Virus record (IMG/VR): IMGVR_UViG_2778261227_000009
Location: 1 to 4,587 of that record
Origin: a virus
Taxonomy: Duplodnaviria; Heunggongvirae; Uroviricota; Caudoviricetes
DNA: 4,587 bases
Reading direction: 5' to 3' (one strand)
Of the stretch, positions 1-4,587 are shown piece by piece. The notes beneath the pieces are model-generated. The model was not told the origin of the DNA, made no database searches, and was given only the letters and a program-made list of their open reading frames with translations. A program made the position numbers and the translations under genes. Positions within the stretch are counted from its first letter, which is position 1. Each line of letters begins with the position of its first letter.

Positions 1-534
1 TCACTGATCTATCCCCCAACAGGCTAATGCGCTTTCCTGGTCACGACGAATAACCTGTCCATAGCAGTTATTTGAACTTATGCGGCAATCGCGCCCACCA
101 TCTTTTATCCACCAGCGAATCGCCTCGCATGCACCTTTACGATCACCAGCATTCAGCCGCTTATAAAACGTCGACGGAAAACACTTACCGGGGCCAATGT
201 TATAGGGACAAAATGACGCGATACCCGCTTTCTGTGGTTCCGTCAGTGATACCCGGATGTTTTTCTCCACCCATGCCAGCGCCTTATCACGTTCAATGGC
301 ATTAACCTGATTGCATTTTTCCTTCGACAGTTTCATTCCCGGTATGACGGGCTTACCATCCACCATGGTGGCACCACGACAGATGGTCCAGATACCCGCA
401 CCATCACGGTATGCCGTGGTGTGGTTACCTTCCTTTTCATTCAGAAACTGGTCGAGAATATCAGGCGCGGGCGCACCGACGGCAATCAGTGCCAGAACGG
501 CAGCCGACAGGCCGTATCTGATTTTTGCGTTCAT
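1..534 (-). CDS. rrrQ: SAR endolysin: a phage lysozyme (T4-lysozyme-like muramidase) with an N-terminal signal-anchor-release domain, of the R21/RrrQ type.
   Basis: The 177-aa ORF is complete, with ATG at 532-534 and stop at 1-3. The N-terminus, YGLSAAVLALIAVGAPAP (about nt 454-513), is Gly/Ala-rich and weakly hydrophobic, as expected of a SAR domain. The catalytic triad E35 (nt 430-432), D44 and T50 has the T4-lysozyme spacing E-x8-D-x5-T. The symbol is given by analogy to K-12 Qin RrrQ. Confidence 0.9.
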   Translation of the reverse strand: MNAKIRYGLSAAVLALIAVGAPAPDILDQFLNEKEGNHTTAYRDGAGIWTICRGATMVDGKPVIPGMKLSKEKCNQVNAIERDKALAWVEKNIRVSLTEPQKAGIASFCPYNIGPGKCFPSTFYKRLNAGDRKGACEAIRWWIKDGGRDCRISSNNCYGQVIRRDQESALACWGIDQ

Positions 535-597
535 GGATATTTATCAGGATTTATCGGTTTCTGCCCACGGACAGGTTTATCTGTTCCGGTCAGTGAC

Positions 598-948
598 TTA
601 AGGTTGTGATTCCGGAGGAGTCTTCAGAGAATCAGTAATTCTTCCTGGTAGCTTTCCTTTGTAGGTTATCCACACATTCTGCGCATCTAAAATTACGGGG
701 CGCTTTTCCGGCGACTGCTCATCCCCTTCACATAACCCGGCAGCAACATCCAGGAAGACCTGTCTGATGCTCCTTCTGGCTGCTGCCTCATAAAACTCCA
801 GCGCGGCACCTTCAACACGGTCCAGCGAGATGTCCAGGTCAAAAATTTCGCCGTCAAAGCGTTTTTTGTCCCGTAACGCTAAAGTTACCGTAACTTTATT
901 CTCAAAATTGCGGATCCCTTTCACAATCAGTTCATAGTTTTGAGTCAT
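598..948 (-). CDS. ydfR: DUF1327-family protein (YdfR-like) of unknown function, embedded between the holin and endolysin genes.
   Basis: This 116-aa ORF starts at ATG 946-948 with GGGGAGAG about 9 nt upstream, and that Shine-Dalgarno-like sequence overlaps the 3' end of the holin gene. The position between holin and lysozyme mirrors the K-12 Qin arrangement essQ-ydfR-rrrQ. The family name is recalled, not searched. Confidence 0.75.
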   Translation of the reverse strand: MTQNYELIVKGIRNFENKVTVTLALRDKKRFDGEIFDLDISLDRVEGAALEFYEAAARRSIRQVFLDVAAGLCEGDEQSPEKRPVILDAQNVWITYKGKLPGRITDSLKTPPESQP

Positions 949-952
949 TGAA

Positions 953-1168
953 TTACTCTCCCCGTGCAGCCTTACGCTTGTCTTCTCTGATTTTGAAGTA
1001 CAGATTTGTCAGATAAGTCAGGAAGCCCAGAACCAGACTCCCCAGTACACCAATCGCAGCCCACTGTGAAGGACTGACCTGATCAAGCCACTGTAAAAAC
1101 CAGTAGCCAGCACTACCTGCTGAGGTGCCATAGGCGACACCCGTTGTTAACTTATCCATGGATTTCAT
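953..1168 (-). CDS. essQ: Class II holin (pinholin) of the phage 21 S21 type, 71 aa, with a dual-start motif (Met1-Lys-Ser-Met4).
   Basis: The translation [71 protein letters not shown] has two transmembrane segments and a charged C-terminus, and closely resembles S21. The ATG at 1166-1168 is preceded by GAGGTGGGG about 2 nt upstream. The longer track ORF (to 1231) starts at GTG and would run through the upstream terminator hairpin, so it is rejected. The symbol is given by analogy to K-12 Qin EssQ. Confidence 0.85.
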   Translation of the reverse strand: MKSMDKLTTGVAYGTSAGSAGYWFLQWLDQVSPSQWAAIGVLGSLVLGFLTYLTNLYFKIREDKRKAARGE

Positions 1169-1203
1169 AACCCCACCTCGCAGATGCGGGTGCTGTGTAA
1201 TGG

Positions 1204-1229
1204 AAATAAAAAGGCCACCTGACGTGGCC
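1204..1229 (-). terminator. Rho-independent terminator between the methyltransferase gene and the holin gene.
   Basis: The minus-strand RNA would be GGCCAC-GUCAG-GUGGCC followed by UUUUUAUUUCC. It begins 6 nt after the methyltransferase stop codon (1236-1238) and lies about 35 nt upstream of the holin start. Confidence 0.6.
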
Positions 1230-1235
1230 ACCAGA

Positions 1236-2288
1236 TTATTTCCCCACCAGCTCGTTTATCTCTTTCACTGTCTGATTAAACCGCTCTGACTCAAGCTCAA
1301 CACCTAAGGCCCGACGCCCCAGCGCCATTGCTGCTTTTATTGTGGAACCGGATCCCATAAAGAAATCAGCAACCAGATCACCAGGTCGACTACTGGCATT
1401 GATTATTTGCCGGAGCATATCCGCCGGTTTCTCGCACGGATGTTTACCCGGGTAGAACTGAACGGGCTTATGCGTCCAGACATCGGTATAAGGCACGGAG
1501 ACTGATACGGAGAAATAGCGCCGGAGAGATTTAAACTCATCCAGCAATTCAGAATATTTGCGATTCAGTGAATCATAAGATGCCACCAGCTGGTGGTGTG
1601 GTTGTTCCAGTTGTTGTTCCTGAAACTTCTCTGCCGCTATACGGGAAAACAGTGCCTGTAACTTCCGATAGTCAGCCTCATTCGGCAACTGCCACTGACT
1701 GGCACCAAACCAGTGGGAAACCATATTTTTCTTACCTGTGGCTTCGGCAATTTGTTTTGCCGTTATACCCAGTTCGGCACGAGCATCCCTGAAATACGAT
1801 ATCAGCGGTGCCATTATGTGCTGTTTGAGTTCCCTTTCTTTTGCTGCATAGCCGTCACTTTTGCCGCGATATGGCCCCTGGTAATGTTCAGCAAACAGAA
1901 CGCGCTCTGTGGCAGGAAAATATGCGCGCAGACTTTCTTTATTACACCCATTCCAACGTCCGGACGGCTTCGCCCAGATGATATGGTTAAGCACGTTGAA
2001 ACGTTCACGCATCATGATCTCAATATCAGATGCCAGGCGATGCCCACAGAACAGGTAAAGGCTTCCGGCAGGTTTTAACACCCGCCAGAACTGGGCCAGA
2101 CAGTGGTCCAGCCACTTAAGGTAATCTTCGTCCCCTTTCCACTGATTGTCCCAGCCGTTGGGCTTCACTTTGAAGTACGGCGGATCGGTAACTATCAGGT
2201 CAATGGAATCATCAGGCAGGGACTGAATAAAATGCAGGCAATCAGCGTTGATTAAATCAACACTGTTTATTTTTACAGTATTTTTCAT
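1236..2288 (-). CDS. Solitary DNA methyltransferase of the beta-class amino-methyltransferase family (N6-adenine or N4-cytosine; N6_N4_Mtase family).
   Basis: The 350-aa protein has motif IV DPPY at residues 35-38 (nt 2175-2186, codons checked by hand), HPCEKP at residues 283-288, and the SAM-binding motif I FFMGSGST at residues 309-316 (nt 1341-1364). Motif IV lying N-terminal to motif I defines the beta class. Between the motifs is a long insert of roughly residues 140-270 containing an HTH-like stretch ([14 protein letters not shown]), which is the presumed target-recognition region. No restriction endonuclease partner is visible in the window. Confidence 0.9.
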   Translation of the reverse strand: MKNTVKINSVDLINADCLHFIQSLPDDSIDLIVTDPPYFKVKPNGWDNQWKGDEDYLKWLDHCLAQFWRVLKPAGSLYLFCGHRLASDIEIMMRERFNVLNHIIWAKPSGRWNGCNKESLRAYFPATERVLFAEHYQGPYRGKSDGYAAKERELKQHIMAPLISYFRDARAELGITAKQIAEATGKKNMVSHWFGASQWQLPNEADYRKLQALFSRIAAEKFQEQQLEQPHHQLVASYDSLNRKYSELLDEFKSLRRYFSVSVSVPYTDVWTHKPVQFYPGKHPCEKPADMLRQIINASSRPGDLVADFFMGSGSTIKAAMALGRRALGVELESERFNQTVKEINELVGK

Positions 2289-2437
2289 GGATCAGTAAGC
2301 GTAACTCTGGTAGGCTCACTCTGCTTTTGCGCTAAAGCAGTGGGCCATGGTTCGCTTGTGACCAGTAAGCATGAGCGAATGGCTGGCAGGTGCTACCAAC
2401 ACCCACCAGCCGCCCATTTTCACAAATTAAAAGCCCT

Positions 2438-2632
2438 TCATTGCTGAAGGCGTCTGTAACAGCCGAACTGGTTATCTGCCAGCCCCGCCATAACCAGCTG
2501 GGTCAGTATTAACTGACAGCGTTCGCGTGAAAGGTATGTGTTTTGTGCTATCTCCCCGACTGTTGCCGGTTTGCCGTTTAATTCATTAAAAACAACTTTC
2601 GCCGTTTCTGTCATATCTTGCGGTTTTAGCAT
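2438..2632 (-). CDS. Small (64 aa) winged-helix DNA-binding protein resembling the PapI/FaeA family of regulators.
   Basis: The ORF starts at ATG 2630-2632 with AAGGT about 9 nt upstream. The segment GKPATVGEIAQNTYLSRERCQLILTQLVMAGLA resembles the PapI/FaeA core (G-K-x-A-x-x-x-E-I-A ... Y ... R ... L ... AG) as I recall it. No HMM search was run. Confidence 0.5.
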   Translation of the reverse strand: MLKPQDMTETAKVVFNELNGKPATVGEIAQNTYLSRERCQLILTQLVMAGLADNQFGCYRRLQQ

Positions 2633-2753
2633 GTCTTTTTACCTTCATGGTTAACATGACATACCAATAACTCTTGTCTAAAAAGCCAGCAAGATAAAAA
2701 GTCAGTATTCACGACCACCAGCGTGTTTACCGTACTGCACCAATGTTTAATTT

Positions 2754-2777
2754 ATAAAAAAACCGCGAGAACGCGGT
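2754..2777 (-). terminator. Rho-independent terminator downstream of the 176-aa ORF.
   Basis: The minus-strand RNA would be ACCGCG-UUCU-CGCGGU followed by UUUUUUAUAAAUU: a 6-bp GC-rich stem, a 4-nt loop and a U6 tract. It lies 35 nt after the ORF stop at 2813-2815. Confidence 0.6.
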
Positions 2778-2812
2778 AAGTATTGTTAAAAAAAACAGTA
2801 ATTTCACTCAAC

Positions 2813-3343
2813 TTATTTAATACATTCTTTTGCTTGCGCATAATAAATTTTATGAGTATTAGCAAGCTTAACGAAGTTATACTTAACTGCCCCTAACAGG
2901 GTTCCAACTCTTGTATGCCCTTCCATTAAATGAAGCCCTGTTGTATTACTTTTCAGCAAAGCTCGATCTATAAAAAATGGAGGTTTGCACCATGTGCCAA
3001 AATTACACCAATGCGCTTTTATTTCATCATCCATAAATACATCGCCTTTACGGGTTGTGAAATCTTCAACGACCTCATGCAAAAAATCAGGGTAAGTAGC
3101 ATTATCCCCGATAGTTAAAAAATTTTTAGTGGGAAGTTCAATCAATTTCCATTCGATTTGGTCAATATTAAGATTCCCATAAAGCTCCTGAAATCTGTCA
3201 TAACCTGCCAATCCATAATAAATCTCCTGAATTACAGGAGTGGGTGCGGCGATAGAATATTGCTCACGAAGTATTCTTTCAGCCTCAGGAGCTTTAAATA
3301 TGGGTCTTTCTGAGAAAATAGGCAAAAGATCTCGGTATAACAT
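2813..3343 (-). CDS. Hypothetical protein of 176 aa encoded by an AT-rich, compositionally foreign gene (cargo/moron). Its function is unknown.
   Basis: This is an ATG-initiated 531-nt ORF with GGGGA 7 nt upstream of the start. Manual counts give about 30% GC for 3121-3180, against about 55% for 1381-1440 in the neighbouring methyltransferase gene. The translation has no hydrophobic signal peptide or membrane segment. An intrinsic terminator follows the stop codon. I do not recognise the protein family. Confidence 0.65.
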   Translation of the reverse strand: MLYRDLLPIFSERPIFKAPEAERILREQYSIAAPTPVIQEIYYGLAGYDRFQELYGNLNIDQIEWKLIELPTKNFLTIGDNATYPDFLHEVVEDFTTRKGDVFMDDEIKAHWCNFGTWCKPPFFIDRALLKSNTTGLHLMEGHTRVGTLLGAVKYNFVKLANTHKIYYAQAKECIK

Positions 3344-3372
3344 CCATATCCCCGTGTAAGAAAAAATAATTT

Positions 3373-3392
3373 AACCCGCTCGGCGGCGGGTT
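3373..3392 (-). terminator. GC-rich stem-loop (AACCCGC / GCGGGTT, 7-bp stem) between the candidate promoter and the 176-aa ORF. It may be a tR'-like terminator or a 5'-leader hairpin.
   Basis: A perfect 7-bp inverted repeat is visible in the sequence. On the minus strand it is followed by AAATTATTTTTT, so the U-tract is not directly adjacent to the stem and terminator strength is uncertain. Confidence 0.3.
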
Positions 3393-3437
3393 CTTGGACT
3401 TATCAACGGTAGACATACAAAGCCCATCGTTGGGAAA

Positions 3438-3466
3438 ATCTTATCCATGTTTTTTGAGAAATGCAA
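3438..3466 (-). promoter_or_regulatory. Candidate sigma70 promoter immediately downstream of Q, a possible pR'-like late promoter: -35 TTGCAT, 17-nt spacer, -10 TAAGAT on the minus strand.
   Basis: The minus-strand sequence is ATGCTTGCAT TTCTCAAAAAACATGGA TAAGAT TTTCCCA, read directly. It begins about 31 nt after the Q stop codon, which is where lambdoid pR' normally lies. This is a consensus match only, with no experimental support. Confidence 0.3.
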
Positions 3467-3497
3467 GCATCATGTCGCCATCTTCGGTGAAAATCAC

Positions 3498-4250
3498 TTA
3501 TCTCGTCACCTTTCTCAATTGTGCTTCAGCGTAAGCTTCTTCCTGCCAGCACTTTGTAACCAGTTTATCAATGACATCTGCATACCCCTTGTACCACTGA
3601 TAATCCGTCAGGTTCGGTACCAGTTTCTGGACATGATGCCGCGCCAGTGTGGTCGGTAAACGGCTAAACCGATTTCCATTACAACGCCCACAAATCTTAT
3701 AAACCGGCGCGCCATGAAGCCGGGTTCTTTTTTCATCCAGGACAATACCTTTACCCTTACACCCTCTGCACGCTGTGCTGACTTCTCCCTTACCATGACA
3801 ATGCTGACATAGTTCCTTCACCCACTCTTCCTTGATAACAGATTCCCCGCTTCTGGAGTGTTTTACCACCTCGCGCAATACATCATGAAATCCAGTACCA
3901 GCACAATGCTCACAGCGAGCCTTACTTGCCGCAGACCTGGAATAATCAGCAAATGCAAAATTCACAAGGTAAGGGATGATCTGTAACCGGGTTTCTTCAC
4001 TCAATTTATTCAATGTCGGGTTATCCAGTGCCATCGCGTAATTGAGCAGACCTTCAATCGCAAACTGAGGATCCTGAACACCAACTTTTGCCAGAAATAA
4101 GGCAAAACCCAGTGGTGCTTTCGACTGCACCATCCCCTGCGCAGCCATCACATCCGTAATCGTTAAACCACCAGAGCCTGTCGCCGGTGCGTCATCGCTC
4201 AATTTTGGAGATTTTGGGGAGTAATATTTTGGTAAGGCTTCAAGGTTCAT
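3498..4250 (-). CDS. quuQ: Late-gene antiterminator Q (QuuQ-like, about 250 aa) with four CxxCxGxG zinc-finger-like repeats.
   Basis: The protein is Cys/His-rich with four DnaJ-like repeats (CEHCAGTG, CQHCHGKG, CRGCKGKG, CGRCNGNR). It sits immediately upstream of the cargo and lysis genes, as Q does in lambdoid phages. The track ORF (3498..4292) begins with a GTG codon and would overlap the upstream gene by 29 nt. The first ATG, at 4248-4250 (MNLEALPKYY...), is preceded by GTGGAGAACGAGC as a Shine-Dalgarno-like sequence and leaves a 13-nt gap to the upstream stop. The symbol is given by analogy to K-12 Qin. Confidence 0.7.
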   Translation of the reverse strand: MNLEALPKYYSPKSPKLSDDAPATGSGGLTITDVMAAQGMVQSKAPLGFALFLAKVGVQDPQFAIEGLLNYAMALDNPTLNKLSEETRLQIIPYLVNFAFADYSRSAASKARCEHCAGTGFHDVLREVVKHSRSGESVIKEEWVKELCQHCHGKGEVSTACRGCKGKGIVLDEKRTRLHGAPVYKICGRCNGNRFSRLPTTLARHHVQKLVPNLTDYQWYKGYADVIDKLVTKCWQEEAYAEAQLRKVTR

Positions 4251-4263
4251 GCTCGTTCTCCAC

Positions 4264-4587
4264 TTACGCCAGTACGCCAATTGCCAGCGCACGATCGATA
4301 AAACGAAATATCAGCTCCAGCTGAGAGCCATACTTCTCTTCAAATGCCACGGTATCCGCATGCAGCTCGTCGTGATGCTTTCTGCACAAAGGCAACACAA
4401 AGAGGTCATGCGCTTTTGTACCCATTCCCCCCTGACCGTGGCCTATCAGGTGGTGGGGATCATCAGCAGGTTTTCCACAACATGCACACGGCTGTGTCTT
4501 AACCCAGCGTGTGTACTTTTCATTAACCCAGCGGCGACGTTTTGGGCGTAACATAAAAGACTCCGGCGACTCCGGATCCACTTTCAG
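4264..4587 (-). CDS. C-terminal part of a phage nin-region protein with an HNH-like Cys/His motif (DUF968 / YdfU-like). The 5' end is truncated by the window edge.
   Basis: The reading frame is open to the window edge, with no stop between 4582 and 4587, and the apparent first codon at 4579-4581 is GTG, so the gene most likely starts upstream of the window. The translation contains PCACCGKPADDPHHLIGHGQGGMGTKAHD...LPLCRKHHDELH, a zinc-ribbon/HNH-like motif. The stop is at 4264-4266, 13 nt upstream of the Q start. Naming the family DUF968 is from memory and has moderate reliability. Confidence 0.65.
   Translation of the reverse strand: MKVDPESPESFMLRPKRRRWVNEKYTRWVKTQPCACCGKPADDPHHLIGHGQGGMGTKAHDLFVLPLCRKHHDELHADTVAFEEKYGSQLELIFRFIDRALAIGVLA

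Larger units (their letters stand above)
1..4587 (-). mobile_element. Segment of a lambdoid (Qin-like) prophage: late antiterminator, cargo genes and lysis cassette. The element continues beyond both window edges.
   Basis: Gene order on the minus strand is YdfU-like, Q-like, cargo, holin, YdfR-like, endolysin, which matches the canonical lambdoid late-region synteny (Q, then morons, then S and R). All products are phage-typical. The synteny is recalled from E. coli K-12 Qin prophage, not searched. Confidence 0.85.

Noticed and set aside
72-609. Plus-strand ORFs 72..305, 311..601 and 421..609 overlapping the endolysin gene.
   Set aside because: They are antisense shadow ORFs inside a well-supported minus-strand lysozyme gene. 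They have no recognisable protein features and no independent start signals.
953-1231. Extended 92-aa version of the holin ORF.
   Set aside because: Its first codon is GTG and the extension runs through the terminator hairpin. The 71-aa form starting MKSMDK has a strong Shine-Dalgarno sequence and matches the pinholin dual-start architecture.
1568-2078. Plus-strand ORFs 1568..1792 and 1713..2078, and minus-strand ORF 1814..2008, inside the methyltransferase gene.
   Set aside because: They are alternative-frame or antisense shadows of the methyltransferase CDS, whose conserved motifs fix the true frame.
2289-2437. Possible tRNA or small RNA gene in the 149-bp interval upstream of the methyltransferase, by analogy with tRNA genes downstream of Q in Stx phages.
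   Set aside because: I could not trace a cloverleaf or a conserved T-loop (GTTCGAATC-like) on either strand by eye. The palindromes are better explained as a regulatory leader. tRNAscan or Infernal would settle it.
1236-3343. Interpreting the 176-aa ORF, the 64-aa protein and the methyltransferase as a Type II restriction-modification system with a controller protein.
   Set aside because: The 176-aa gene has a very different base composition from the methyltransferase and is separated from it by an intrinsic terminator. The 64-aa protein looks PapI-like, not like an Xre-type controller protein. The nuclease-like motif in the 176-aa ORF is too weak to carry the claim. The idea remains formally testable by homology search.
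3498-4292. Extended 264-aa version of the Q ORF.
   Set aside because: Its first codon is GTG and it would overlap the upstream gene by 29 nt. The first ATG, at 4248-4250, has a Shine-Dalgarno-like GGAG and gives a protein of about 250 aa.
2930-4551. Shadow ORFs 2930..3118 (+), 3447..3659 (+), 3608..3796 (-) and 4249..4551 (+).
   Set aside because: They lie inside or antisense to better-supported minus-strand genes (the 176-aa ORF, Q, the YdfU-like gene). Their translations are low-complexity or atypical and lack ribosome-binding sites.
1-4587. CRISPR arrays, insertion sequences, integrase or att sites, and rRNA genes.
   Set aside because: There are no regularly spaced direct repeats, no terminal inverted repeats flanking a transposase-like ORF, and no recombinase ORF. 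The window is interior to the prophage late region.

Overview
The window is the late-regulation and lysis region of a lambdoid prophage, probably enterobacterial (E. coli/Shigella-like), with every credible gene on the minus strand. Reading in the direction of transcription (high to low coordinates), the order is: 3' part of a Cys/His-motif nin-region protein (YdfU-like), a Q-type late antiterminator, a three-gene cargo insert, then a phage-21-type lysis cassette (pinholin with dual start, a DUF1327/YdfR-like gene, and a SAR endolysin with an intact E-D-T catalytic triad). The cargo sits in the classic Q-to-S moron hotspot and consists of an AT-rich 176-aa ORF of unknown function, a 64-aa PapI/FaeA-like winged-helix protein, and a solitary beta-class N6A/N4C DNA methyltransferase. 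Three stem-loops divide the region into transcription units, and two of them are followed by U-tracts on the minus strand. The most interesting element is the cargo insert, especially the compositionally foreign 176-aa ORF and the pairing of a PapI-like protein with a solitary methyltransferase. No rRNA, tRNA, CRISPR array or IS element is evident. All family assignments come from reading the translations by eye, without database searches.
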